Below the pieces are notes generated by a model that saw only the letters and a program-made list of their open reading frames with translations, ran no database searches and was not told the DNA's origin. Shown piece after piece: positions 15,759-29,411 of a DNA stretch of 64,000 bases (position 1 is the first letter of the stretch; every line of letters starts with the position of its first letter). The position numbers and the translations under genes were made by a program. This DNA is from the human T2T-CHM13v2.0 reference genome, Homo sapiens. The DNA is taken from NCBI RefSeq assembly GCF_009914755.1, contig NC_060947.1; one strand, written 5' to 3'.

Positions 15759-17290
15759 AATTTTTGCTATCCAAATATTATGTCTTGGTTTTGTTGTCTT
15801 TATAATATTAAAATTTAACATTAGCATTTGAGTTACATGGAAATCAATTGTATTTTAATAGTCTAAGTTACCCCTTATTTCTACCTATTTGAAAGACTCA
15901 AATCTCTTTTTACTTTAAGATCTTCACCTTAAGGACTACAAAGATCATGATAAAATTAAGATTTTAAAAAATTAACTGAATATTTGTCTCAATTCTCCAC
16001 TTTATCGTTTATAGATAGCCAAATGTGAGCAATGCACAGATTTCAACAACAGTTAAAATCGGAGCCTTCTGCTATAAGATGTCTCTTGTGATGGATGCGT
16101 TTAGACAAGGCATTCACACATGGGACATCACGTTGGCTCAGCTCAGAACTAAAAGACTATTAAACCACAGGATATGTCCATCTGACAGGAAGTTGTGTGA
16201 TGGCTCCTAAGGTCAGGCATCATTTTGCCTTTTGAGTGACAGAATTCTTCTCCCAAAGCAAACAACATGAATTTAGCTGCTATCTTATTTTAGACGTGTC
16301 TGTATGATACAAAATGACACATATGAATTGAGGATTTATAGGAGATGAAGCCAGGAAAAGCACTGGGAGAAAAGTGGAAGAGTCACTCAAAATAGAATCA
16401 ATATTTAACATGTATAATCCTTTAAATAATGAAATTCATTATTTAATCATTAAGTGTGAATGATCACATTTAGAATAAACATGATCACGACTTCTACTTC
16501 CAGAGGGCCCAATGTCTAGTTCAGGCATGAAGAAAATAGTTGAAGAATGCTCAAAATGTTGTTTGTATATTTTCTATGTTTGATTACGAGAAACAAAATT
16601 GGGAATGTCTCTGGTAATTTTAATAGTTAATGGAGCTATTGCAAGAAATGCACCAGTGGGAAGACAGGAGGGAGAGAAGGTTTCCCAGAAAGCAGGTTTC
16701 TATTAAACCTTGCCATTTCTCTTGAAAACTCTCAAAGCCGCAAAAGAACAATAAACAAATTGATATTTTCCATGGGGTACCACTGTGAGTGCAAAGACCA
16801 TGGAGAAATTGACTAGTCAGACAGCAAATATGTACTGAGAGACAGACTTGGAGTTAAGACTGTATCCTAAACTTATTTTATAAAAGTTGTGTTTTGTAGC
16901 CAGGATAACATGTTTTAGGAGAAGAAGCATTTTATAATAAGGACTCTGTGTGGGTTTCATTTTGAAAAAGTAGCTTACTGTGCTTAAGCAAAGGGCCAAT
17001 GTGTGTTTTTCAGGTCCTCTTACCTAAAAGAAGAGTAACTGTTGGTATTTCTATGTGAAAACTCAAGACTAGCATCTTGTGCTGTAAGCAAAGTGAAGAC
17101 ATGTGGCTGTAAGCACTCACAAAATATATTGATATAGAGTCATCACCTGTTGATGTCATTCATACCCAGAGACAGGAAGCATAGGAACAGTGTGAATTAT
17201 ATGAGGCATCCCATTTATAAGTGACAAGCAAAAATAGTCACTGTGTAAATGTGCAATGCTAAATAGCAGTAGTCAATGAAGCAACAGTCA

Positions 17291-17761
<471 letters not shown>

Positions 17762-18420
17762 CTAACTCCTGTTTGTATATGTAAACTGCTCTTCGCTGCT
17801 CTCCTAAAACAGGCATTCATTTTCTTGGTGTGAATTTTTCAAAAAGGAATACACACCTATATATTGTGCATCTGCCAAGCATTCAGAACTGTGCTGCATT
17901 TGGGAGTCCTTGAATGCGCCCAGCTTTGCAACCAGAAGTATTTCAACATTGTTTTAATTAAGCCCACATTAGCCTTGCTTTGGTGCAAGAAATATGATAT
18001 TATGTGTGAGGATATAAACATCAGCTGTCAATGAATGGCTCCTTCATTCCCTTGGCAAGTATCATTTGAGTGTGTCTTGTCACGGTTTTGGACTAGACAG
18101 AACTAATTCAGCAAGCAATCCAGGAGCCAGCAAGGAATGATCAGAGTAACACAAAACACTGATGTGAAATGCAGGGCAAAATGAATACATAAATTAGAGA
18201 TGTGGTCTGAGATGAAGGGAAGCACACATCTCTGAAATATTCTGGGTACAGGTAGAATTTAGTTTCTGAGTGTTTTTGATAAATAATAAGAGAATTTCAT
18301 CAAAGAGAAATCAAAGAGTGCCCTACAGACAAAGTAGCTTTTGAGCCCTTCAGATAGAATTTGAGTTAAAGAAAGCATAAATGTGCTCTGGGTGGAATTT
18401 AAAACAAAGAATTGGAAGCA

Positions 18421-18605
18421 TTTTAAAATTGCTGAGAGTGTAAATTTCAGATGTTCTCACTACCAAAAAAATGGTAAGTATTTGAGGTGATGGATATGTG
18501 AATTAGCTCAGTTTAATTATTCCATATTGTATTCATAAATCATAACATCACTTGGTACCCCATAAATATATACAACTATAATTTATTAATTTTCAATTAA
18601 AAATA
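18421..18605 (+). mobile_element. L1MA-type 3' end fragment
   Basis: aaattgctgagagtgtaaatttcagatgttctcac...gaggtgatggatatg; degenerate TSD agaatt(g/a)gaagca on both sides. Confidence 0.75.
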
Positions 18606-18649
18606 GACACTGAAAAACAGAATTAGAAGCAAACTTGCCTAAGTATATC

Positions 18650-18989
18650 GAATGTCTTCCTTCCCTCACATTTCAGTGTGGGCTGGACTTAATGACTAGC
18701 TTCCAAAAATTAGCATATGGGAAGGGGGAGATGGTAGCTTCAAGGTAGAGAAGCCAGGCAAGCATTACCTTAGCCAGTGACTTCATGTTCATAGCATGCA
18801 CTTGTGATTAAATATCAGGAAAAGGACACCTCACCTCTGAGGTCTCCTTCTCTAAGAGAGAAGAAACACCACAGTCTCATCAGCTCAGTCATCCCAGTCT
18901 AATCATGAGAAAAACAGCAGGTAAATTCAAATTCAGGGCATTCTGCAAAATGCCTGACCAGGGCTCCTCGAATCTGTCAAAGTCATCAA

Positions 18990-19022
<33 letters not shown>

Positions 19023-19310
19023 GACAGTCTGAGAAATTTTCACACCCGGCCTTGACTATGGAGAAATGGCTATATGCAATGATAAATCCAGGACTGAGTC
19101 CGAGAAGAGAACATGGGCTTTGAAAGGAAAACTAGCAAAACCCAAATAAAACCTTGTGTTTAGTTAAGACTAATGTACCAACATGGATTCATTAGTTGTG
19201 ACAAAGGAACCACAGTGATAGAAAACTTTAACACTAACGGTAGATGAGTGAGCAGTAGATGGAACTCTCTGGACTATCTTTGCATCTTTTTTGTAATCCT
19301 GAAACTGTTC
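18650..19310 (+). mobile_element. L1MC-type 3'UTR remnant
   Basis: gtgtgggctggacttaatgactagcttcc...ggaactctctggactatctttgcatc matches the recalled L1MC 3'UTR. Confidence 0.65.
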
Positions 19311-19567
19311 TATATATATATATATACATATATATATGTGTATATATATATGTATATATATATGTGTATATATGTATATATATGTATATATGTATATATA
19401 TACACACACGTATATATACACACATATATATTAAATACATATACATATATGTATATATATTAAATATGTATATATACATATATGTATATATAAAATATGT
19501 ATATATACACATATGTTTATATTAATATATATTAAATATGTATTAATAAATTAAATAATATATATAT
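19311..19567. repeat. Imperfect (TA)n/(TATG)n low-complexity repeat
   Basis: Direct reading. Confidence 0.92.
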
Positions 19568-19699
19568 TTTTTAAACTAGAGGGAATCATTGCCAGGGGAG
19601 GAGGCAGGGAAATGAGGAATGAAAGGCAGGAATTGGGGTTTGTGCTGTCACAGTAGGAAGACGACCCATTGTTGACGGTGAGCTGATTCAAGGATGAGG

Positions 19700-20200
19700 G
19701 GGTAGTTAGGAGGTTGGTGAACCAAAGACTAAAAGGTTATGAAGGAGAACCCTGTGCAAAGCTGAAGAGGCAGGAAAGAAATAACTACAGAAGGAGTTTG
19801 GTAGAAAGAACTGGTAAATTTTGTACTGGAGAATGGATGATGAATTTGATAGGGAATCACTGAAAGATGAAGGTTTGAGCCTGGCTGCCTGGGGAAATTG
19901 CAGTGTCATTTGCAGAAATGAAGTCATGCCAGGGAAAATCGAGGCAAGAGGAGGAAGGATTCAGTTTGGGACATGTTGACTTAGGAAAGGAGAGGACATC
20001 CAAGTGCAGGTAGATGTAATGACTTGATAAGTAATTTTAAAGGGATGTCAGATGCAATTAAACAAAACAATGTAACCTAAGACAAACGTGGGGAGAAATA
20101 CATGTTGGAACTCTGAGCTGGAGTCATAGGGAGAAGGAACTCACTGAACTCCAGCAAGAACGTAAAGGGAGGTTTGGAGGAAAGAGCTGAGGGCAGTCTT
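19700..20200 (-). mobile_element. L2 remnant
   Basis: Purine-rich, with ttcagtttgggacatgttga and agacatccaagtg-like blocks typical of antisense L2. Confidence 0.55.
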
Positions 20201-20235
20201 GGGGAGGCAAAGAATGGAGTTCCAAGAGGATCACA

Positions 20236-21800
20236 GGTCAGGCACAATGGCTCATGCCTGCAATCCCAGCACTTTGGGAGGCCAAGGCTGCCGAATCACT
20301 TGAGGTCAGGAGTTTGAGACCAGCATGGCCAATATGGAGAAACCCTGTGTCCGGAATTGGCGGGTTCTGGGTCTCACTGACTTCAAGAATGAAGCCGCGG
20401 ACCCTGGCGGTGAGTGTTACAGCTCTTAAGGTGGCGCGTCTGGAGTCTGTCCCTTCTGATGTTCAGATGTGTTCGGAGTTTCTTCCTTCTGGGGGGTTCG
20501 TGGTCTCGCTGGCTCAGGAGTGAAGCTGCAGATCTTCGTGGTGAGTGTTATAGCTCATAAAAGCAGCGTGGACCCAAAGAGTGAGCAGTAGCAAGACTTA
20601 TTGCAAAGAGTGAAAGAACAAAGCTTCCACAGTTCCACAGTGTGGAAGGGGACCCGAGCGGGTTGCCAATGCTGGCTCAGGCAGCCTGCTTTTATTCTCT
20701 TATCTGGCCCCGCCCACATCCTGCTGATTGGTAGAGCCGAGTGGCCTGTTTTGACAGGGCGCTGATTGGTGCGTTTACAATCCCTGAGCTAGATACAAAG
20801 GTTCTCCGCGTCCCCATCAGATTAGTTAGATACAGAGTTTCGACACACAGGTTCTCCAAGGCCCCACCAGAGCAGCTAGATACAGAGTGTCGATTGGTGC
20901 ACTCACAAACCTTGAGCTAAACACAGGGTGCTGATTGGTGTATTTACAATTCCTGAGCTAGACATAAAGACTCTCCACCTCCCCACCAGACTCAGGAGCC
21001 CAGCTAGCTTCACCCAGTGGATCCCGCACCGGGGCTGCAGGTGGAGCTGCCTGCCAGTCCCGCGCCGTGCGTTCCCATTCCTCAGCGCTTGGGTGGTCGA
21101 TGGGACTGGGCGCCGTGGAGCAGGGGGTGGTGCTCGTTGGGGAGGCTCGGGCCGCACAGGAGCCCATGGAGTGGGTGGGAGGCTCAGGCAAGTCGGGCTG
21201 CAGGTCCCGAGCCCTGCCCCGCAGGAAGGCAGCTAAGGGTCGGTGAGAAATCGAGCGCAGCACTGGTGGGCTGGCACTGCTGGGGGACCCAGTACACCCT
21301 CCGCAGCCAGTGGCCCGGGTGCTAAGTCCCTCATTGCCCGGGGCCAGCAGGGCTGGCCGGCTGCTCCGAGTGCGGGGCCTGCCAAGCCCACGCCCACCCG
21401 GAACTCCAGCTGGCCCGCAAGCGCCGCACGCAGCCCCGGTTCCCGCTCACGCCTCTCCCTCCACACCTCCCTGCAAGCTGAGGGAGTGGGCTCCAGCCTT
21501 GGCCAGCCCAGAAAAGGGCTCCCACAGTGCAGCGGCGGGCCGAAGGGCTCCTCAAGTGCTGCCAAAGTGGCAGCCCAGGCAGAGGAGGCGCCGAGAGTAA
21601 GCGAGGGCTGTGAGGACTGCCAGCACGCTGTCACCTCTCAACCCTGTCTCCACCAAAAATACAAAAATTAGCCAAATGTGGTGGTGAGTACCTTTAATCC
21701 CAGCTACTCTGGGAGGCTGAGGCAGGGGAATCACTTGAACCCGGGAGGCGGAGGTTGTTCCAGCCTGGGTGACAAATCAAGACTTCATCTTTAAAAAAAG
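20236..21800 (+). mobile_element. Alu split by an LTR12C insertion (pieces 20236-20345 and 21641-21800)
   Basis: Left arm ends ggagaaaccc and resumes accctgtctccaccaaaaatacaaaaattagcc after the LTR. Confidence 0.9.
20346..21640 (-). mobile_element. LTR12C (ERV9) solo LTR, 1295 bp
   Basis: Minus strand TGAGAGGTGACAGCGTGCTGGCAG...CCAATTCCGGACACA; perfect 4-bp TSD ACCC; tandem CCAAT (gattggt) repeats; CpG-rich U3. Confidence 0.95.
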
Positions 21801-21877
21801 TGGGGGGAGGGGGGAGAATTGCAGGACTGCCGCAGTCACAGGCTCCACTAGCAGTGGAGAGGGGAAGCAGTGCAAGG

Positions 21878-22097
21878 AGAAGATTGTTCAGCCTTGACAC
21901 AGTTGACATTTGGGGCTGGATGATTCTCTGTGGTGGGGCGTGTCTTGTACATTGTAAGATGCTTACTTAGCAGCACCCCTGGCCTCTGCCCACTAGATGC
22001 CAATCCACCCCTCCTCTAATACGGACAATGCAAAATTTCTCCAGACTCTGCCAACTGTCCCCTTGGGGATGCAGTCAACTTAATCGAGGACCACTGA
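21878..22097 (-). mobile_element. MER20 (hAT-Charlie) DNA transposon
   Basis: ttgacatttggggctggatgattc...cctggcctctgcccactagatgcca...tctccagac...accactg is the antisense of MER20. Confidence 0.85.
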
Positions 22098-22819
22098 TTT
22101 TGAGTTAAACTTCAGTTTGTGAGAGAGAGAAAAGTAGAGTGCAAAAAAAAAAAAAAAAAAAAGAGAAGGAAGAAGGAGAGATCATTACATCTATTTCTGC
22201 TTTGTAAAAATCTCAAAATCCGGCCATTAGCATGGGTACATTTAAAAATATCTCCTCATAGTATCTGTGGGATGAATTTTGTAGACAGGAAATCTGTGCA
22301 TTGTGTGTGTCCTTTCAACAAAGCTGAAGTTTCACAAGGACTAATTTCCTCTGCTAGTGGAAAGAATGATTCTATTTTTGCAGGCCCAAATCCCAGGCTG
22401 AGCTGCCTCCCGGGCCACACACAGAGCCACAAATGCCCAGGAAAATTTATTCTCTCTGTGCATGAGGTGGCACTGTTTGCAGAAGGGTACCGCTGTTTAT
22501 AACAGATGTTAGAAAAACAGGTTCACGATGGCAGCCAACAGAGCAAGGCAGTATTTTCCAAAGTGTACATTGCCCACCTGGTTTTTTGTTTGTTTGCTTG
22601 CATGTTTGCCTAATAGCTCAATTCTTACAAGCTCCTTTTCTGCTCAAGCATCTCACTGGGAGTGTATGACATCCTAATGCAGCCAAGAATGTTATGTGTG
22701 ATAAGACATCAGAGCCAAGGCATTCCAAAAAAAGGGTAGCTATTTCTAGAAGCTTCACTGACTCTTTCTAAACAAGTCACTCAGTATTAGCAAATTATTG
22801 CTTTGAGTCTCCTAAAACG

Positions 22820-23320
22820 GGCACCCTCATCCTGTACCACTGGAACGGTGTGAGGAGAAGAGCTCTTCACCTCTGTGATATTCTGCCCGGTAACCCAGAA
22901 CCACAGTATAATGTTCACAAAAGCATCTGGTAAACCCAGTCCAATCAAGGGACATTCTACAAAATATCTGAGGAGTACTCCTCAAAATTGTCAAGGTCAT
23001 GAAGACAAGGAAAGACTAATTAATTGCCACATATGGGAGGAAGCCAGTGAACTGTAATGACATGATCTCAACATGGGATTCTGAATTGAATCTTGGAACA
23101 GAGAAAGGGAGCCCATGGAAACACAGAGGAAATCCCAATGAGGTCTGGAGTTTAGCTCATAGTAACTTACCAATGTTAATATCTTCATTTTGACAGATAC
23201 TCTGTGGTTCCATAATATGTTAACATTAGGGGAATATGGGCGAGGGGTTCGTGTTATCTCTCTGCACTGTCTTTCCAGCTTTTCTCTATATCTAAAATTA
23301 TTCAAAAATTAAAAGTTGAT
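22820..23320 (+). mobile_element. L1MC-type 3'UTR remnant
   Basis: gggacattctacaaaatatctg...gttaacattaggggaa...tctaaaattattcaaaa. Confidence 0.65.
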
Positions 23321-24921
23321 GCAAAGGAAACAGAACCCCTAAAAGAGACTGGAAATGTAAACATTTTATATTCAAAATGTATTAACTGAAAATCTGTTAC
23401 AGATCCAGTTCTGAATCTCGTTAGCAAGTTCAAAGCAAGGCCAAGAAGATGCAATTCCCACTGGAAACCTTATGAGACAGTTAGAAGGGAAGGGGAGCAA
23501 ATGTTCACCAGGTGAGCACTGGAACGCAGCCACTGCACAAATGCAATCCTGTTCTATTCTCACAGCAATCTTCCATGAGAAGTATTTATTACTATACATG
23601 AAGAAACTCAAGCTCTCCATCATTAGGTCACTGTCCAATATCACACAGCTGCATATAACAGGTTTGAATTCAATTTCCTCTGTGTCCAACTGAAAATCCC
23701 ACAATTTCCACTCACGGCATCCTCCCACCCAGTGCAGGTTTGGTGCAAAAACGTAGGACACAGGAGAGGAAATTGAGTTTAGGTAAGACTCAGAAAATTG
23801 ACGAGTTTTCAAATTAGGAGAGGCATGAAATGAAGAGGAGAAGGAGCAGCTGGGAGCGTGGAGAAGCATAAACTCCGAAATAACTGGCTAAGGAAAATGG
23901 GGATGCACAGACTGTGGCATAGAAGCACTGAAGAGGGGAGGCATGGATTGGAATGATACAGGCTGTGTCAATATAGGGTCTGTCACAAACAAGCTATGTA
24001 AATGTGAGAAAATTAACCACTCTAACTTCACATTCCCCCTATGGAAAAAAAAAGGGGGGGGGGCAGGGGCTAAGGATGTCTATTTCAAACCATGTGGCAA
24101 TTAAATAAAACAATCTATGTAACTCTAGTAGCCTCATGGTTGGCACATTACATGCATTAAAATGCACATTTCTCTCCCTTTCATGGAATCCCCTGATGCA
24201 TCCCCGAACCTTTCTCGGTAGGATTTGGAATGTGCATGCACAGATTGCGGATAGATAGACTGCCACCCTCGTCATTGCAGAAGGAAACTTGTGAGTTATG
24301 CCCAGTGCAATTCTTTCCAACTCTGATTCCACTGTGGTTACTGCTGATGGACTCTAGGTGGCCACAGATGATACAAACATGTTCCCATGGAGCCTCATGT
24401 CATCCTGACATGCTGTTCCAGTCTAAGGTAACTGCTGTTCTTCAGTTTAGAAAAGGAGCAACTGTTTTGGATACATTTTCAGTGCCAGAACTCTTTCTCC
24501 ACTGCCTTAGACTTCTCAGTGGTGAAGTGAGAAGGAGTTTTGACAGCTACAGAGCAACATTTCCAAACGAGAAAAGAAAACAAGGCAAACTTTTTATAAA
24601 TTATTCAAATAATATGTTAAATTCAAGGAAAAGAAAATTTCCATTTTATGGTGAAGACTGATGTTTCCTAAGTCTATTGGTAAGCTGAGAAACTGCTCTG
24701 TGAGCTCTTTCATTGAAAATATTGAATGACCACAGCTGTTAAATCTTGCTAAAGGTGTCCTCAGTTCACACTACAACATGCTTGGGTGCAGGGTCTGGAA
24801 GCAATGACAAATCAGTGAGACTCCAACACTGAGCTGAAATGTTCTGTTTTTGCAGTGACATCAGACCTTATTATTGCCCCTGTCTTCCTTCCGTCCTTCC
24901 CTCTCCAGGTGTAACTACTAA

Positions 24922-25257
<336 letters not shown>

Positions 25258-26538
25258 TTTGAACTTTCATACCTTTAGTACACAAATGTATCTGTAAATA
25301 ATAAATAGGATATTCAATATGCTTATGTTATTTAGATGACATCCTATACCATAAAGGTTATATAGATAGAAATTATTTATTTCTATATATTCTATTCTAT
25401 ATATTTATGTCGACAGATCATATTTTATAAATATATATTCTATATATTTGTGTCTAGATCATATTTTATAAATATATATTCTACATATTTACATCTATAC
25501 TACAAAGAATATATGGACATAAGGGTGGCATAAAGAACTTATGTCCATATATTCTTTTAGCTTGCCTTTTTTTGCACAAAATGTCATGTTTAAGTTTCAG
25601 TCATGCTGATAGATGAGGGCAAAATTTGTTTCATTTTAAGAGCAGGATATATTTTATTATAGGTATATTCTACAATGTATTTATGCATTCTCCTCTCAAT
25701 GAACATCTAAGTGGCTTCCAGATTTTTGCTATTACACACAAGGTTGTAATTTGTTTACACAAAGCTTGGGGCTCAAATCCAGAGATATTGGATTGCAACG
25801 TGGGTGTCAAGATTTTCAATAGTTCCCTGGAAGAACTTAATGGGCATCCAGGCTTCCTCAGTCAGACTCCATCCAGGCCAACTTAATCAGATTTGGAGGG
25901 GGATGTTTAGGTATTACTTTTGTGAAAGAACCCCTGAAGAGATTCTAACAGGAGCCTAGGATTGAGATAAGCCCCTCCTCTAGAGAAACTCTTGCATTTG
26001 CTGGACAAGGAATAATGCGCATGAATGTGTATTGTGCCATATTCTAGAGCAGTGATTCTCATGTACAGTCATGGCAGAGAACTTCTGTTCTAGAATATAA
26101 GCATGGTAATGGCATTTCCAGGTGTTTCAAGTGGTAGGGATACATACATCTTTAACTTTCCTCAATATTGCTAATTGCCCACCAAAGAAAAGATCGATTA
26201 CATATTTCTATCAACACACGGCATTACCACTGTTTGCAAATGGAAGTGCATTCCTTTGTGATATTTTGTAATCCCTTGACTCTCAGTGACACCAGACTTT
26301 TTGTGATTACTATCCATTTGGGTTTTGTCTTCAATACATTTTATTCCATATAATTTGCCCATCTTTAAATGTCTTGAGGATTTTTTAAATTACTAATTTG
26401 TTGGGTATAAATATGTGTATATCATCTAGAAACTATCCAAGTCAATAAATTGAAGTTACACATGTGCTCTTCTGTTCTGTATCTTAATTTTTACCTTATT
26501 TATGATGCTTTCCATTGTGCAAAAGGAAATAGTGTCCC

Positions 26539-28798
26539 TGTGTTTGTCCATTTTCATGCTGCTGATAAAGACATATCTGAGACTGGGAAGAAAAAGAGGT
26601 TTAATTGGACTTACAGTTCCACATGGCGAGGGAGGCCTCAGAATCATGGCAGGAGGTGAAAGGTACTTCTTACCTGGCAGTGGCAAGAGAAAATGAGAAA
26701 GAAGCAAATACCGAAACCCCTGATAAACCCATCAGATCTTGTGAGACTTATTCACTATCATGACGATAGCATGGAAAGACAGGCCCCCATGATTCAATTA
26801 CCTCCCACTGGGTCCCTCTCACATGTGGGAATTCTGGGAGATACAATGCAAGTTGAGATTTGGGTGGGAACACAGCCAAACCATATCATTCCACCCCTAG
26901 CCCCTCCAAAACTTCACATTTCAAACCAATCATGCCTTCCCAACAGTACCCCAAAGTCTAAACTCATTTCAGCATTAACCGAAAAGTCCACAGTCCAAAG
27001 TCTCATCTGAGACAAGGCAAGCCCCTTCTATCTATGAGACTGTAAAATCAAAAGCAAGCTAGTAACTTCCTAGATGCAATGAGGGTACAAGTATTGGGTA
27101 AATACAGCTGTTCCAAATGGGAGAAATTGGCCAAAACAAAGGGGTTGCAGGGCCCATGCAAGTCCAAAATGCAGCAGTGCCATCAAATTTTAAAGCTCCA
27201 AAATGATCTTCTTTGACTCCAGGTCTCACATCCAGGTCATGCTGATGCAAGAGGTGGGTTCCCATGGTCTTAGGCAGCTCTGCCCCTGTGGCATTGCAGG
27301 GTACAGCCTCCCTCCTAGCTGCTTTCATGGGCTGGCATTGAGTGTCTGCAGCTTTTCCAGGTACACAGTGCAAGCTGTCAGTTGATCTACCATTCTGGTG
27401 TCTGAAGGTCTGTGGCCCTCTTGTCACAGCTCTACCTGGCAGTACCCCAGTAGGGCTCTGACCCCACATTTCCCTTGCACACTACCCTAGCAGAGGTTCT
27501 CCATGAGGGCTCCACCCCTGCAGCAAACTTTTGCCTGGGCATCTAGGAATTTCCATATATCTTCTGAAATATAGGCAGAGGTTGCCAAACCTCAATTCTT
27601 GACTTTTGTGCACCTGAAGGCTTAACACCATGCAGAAGCTGCCAAGGCTTGGGGCTTCTGCCCTCTGAAGCCACAGCCCAAGCTGTACATTGGCCCCTTT
27701 CAGCCACGACTAGAGCGGCTGGGACACAGGGAAACAGGTTCCTAGGCTACACACAGCACGGGGACCCTGGGCCTGGCCCATGAAACCACATTTTCCTTCG
27801 GGGCCTCCAGGCCTGTGAAGGGAGAGGCTGCTGTGAAGGTCTCTAACATGACCTGGAGACATTTTCCCCATGGCCTTAGGGATTAACATTAGGCTCCTTG
27901 CTGCTTCTGCAAATGTCTGCAGTGAGCTTGAATTTCTCCCCAGAAAATGGGTTTTTCTTTTCTATCACATAATCAGGCTGCATATTTTCCTAGCTTTTAT
28001 GCTCTGCTTCCCTTATGAAACTAAATGCATTTAACAGCACCCAAGTCACCTCTTGAATGCTTTGCTGCTTAGAAATTTCTTCTGCCAGATACCCTACATC
28101 ATCTCTCTCAAATTCAAAGTTCAACAAATCTGTAGGGCAGGGGCAAAAAGCCACCAGTCTCTTTGCTAAAACATAACAAGAGTCACCTTTGCTCCAGATC
28201 TCAACAAGTTCCTCATCTCCATCTAAGCTCACCTCAGCCTGAATTTTATTGTCCATATCGCTATCAGCATTTTGGACAAAACCATTCAACAAGTGTCCAG
28301 AAGTTCCAAACATTTCCACATTTTCCTATCTTCTTCTGAGCCCTTCAAACTGTTCCAACCTCTGCCTGTTACCCAGTTCTAAAGTCATTTCCACATTTTC
28401 GGGCATCTTTTCAGAAACGCCTCACTCTACTGGTACCAATTTACTGTATTAGTCCATTTTCATGCTGCTGATAAAGACATACCCGAGACTGGGAAGAAAA
28501 AGAGGTTTCATTGGACTCACAGTTCCACATGGCTGGGGAGGCCTCAGAATCATGGCAGGTGGCAAAAGGTACTTCTTAACATGGTGGCAGCAAGAAAAAA
28601 TGAGGAAGAAGCAAAAGCAGAGACCCCTGATAAACCCTTCAGATCTCGTGAGACTTAATTCACTATCACGAGAATAGCACAGGAAAAACTAGCCCCCATG
28701 ATTCAATTACCTCCCCCTAGTTCCTTCCCACAACACAGGAATTCTGAGAAATACAATTCAAGTTGAGATTTCAGTGGGGACACAGCCAAACCATATCA
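26539..28798 (-). mobile_element. Two-LTR THE1 (MaLR, THE1C-like) element: LTR 26539-26888, internal 26889-28444, LTR 28445-28798
   Basis: Two directly repeated ~350-bp LTRs (catgctgctgataaagacata...cagccaaaccatatca) around ~1.55 kb of THE1-internal sequence; ORFs 27059-27469 and 27990-28319 are typical THE1-int remnants. Confidence 0.93.
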
Positions 28799-28955
28799 AG
28801 CTATGTGAAGTTAAAACCAGGTACTATGGGTGTTCACTAGATTTCTGGTTCTCATGAAGGTGTTTTTTTCTGTGTAAATATTTGTTAAATTAGTGTCTTT
28901 GCAAGAGGGCCAGGGGAATAATCGGTGAAGCCTTCTATTCTGCCATCTTGCTCCT
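28799..28955 (-). mobile_element. Old L1 5' end fragment
   Basis: Minus strand begins ggagcaagatggcagaatagaaggc, the YY1-site-bearing L1 5' terminus. Confidence 0.65.
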
Positions 28956-29068
28956 ACTGTAGATCTGTAGTATATTTTGAAATACACCTTTGTAGTATAT
29001 TTTGAAGTCAGGTAGTGTGATGCCTCTTGGTGTGTTCTTATATGGGCCCGGTTTGTAGAGTCCTAAAG

Positions 29069-29322
29069 CAATTATAATAATAACATCAAAGATCACTGAT
29101 CAGAAATCATCATAACAGATATAATAATGATGGGAAAGTTTGAAATATTGTGAGAATTACCAAAATGTGACACAGGGACATGAAGTGGGCACCTGCTGTT
29201 GGAAAAATGACACTGACATGCTCAACAGACAGTTGCCAGAAACCTTCAATTTATGTATATTAAAAAAACACAATATCTATAAATGCAATAAAGTGCATCA
29301 CAATAAAACAAGGTCGACCTGT
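29069..29322 (-). mobile_element. Tigger1 terminal fragment
   Basis: catcaaagatcactgatca...tgaaatattgtgagaattaccaaaatgtgacac...caataaaacaagg..cctg followed by TA. Confidence 0.8.
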
Positions 29323-29411
29323 ACCTGCCAGTACCCAGGTAATTAGTTTACTATGAATAAGTAATAATAGCTAGAAAAACTAAACACAAAAATTTTTAAA
29401 ACACTGTCTTC

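Noticed and set aside
20903-21734. Cluster of overlapping GC-rich ORFs
   Set aside because: Almost entirely within LTR12C and the flanking Alu; expected from high GC content.
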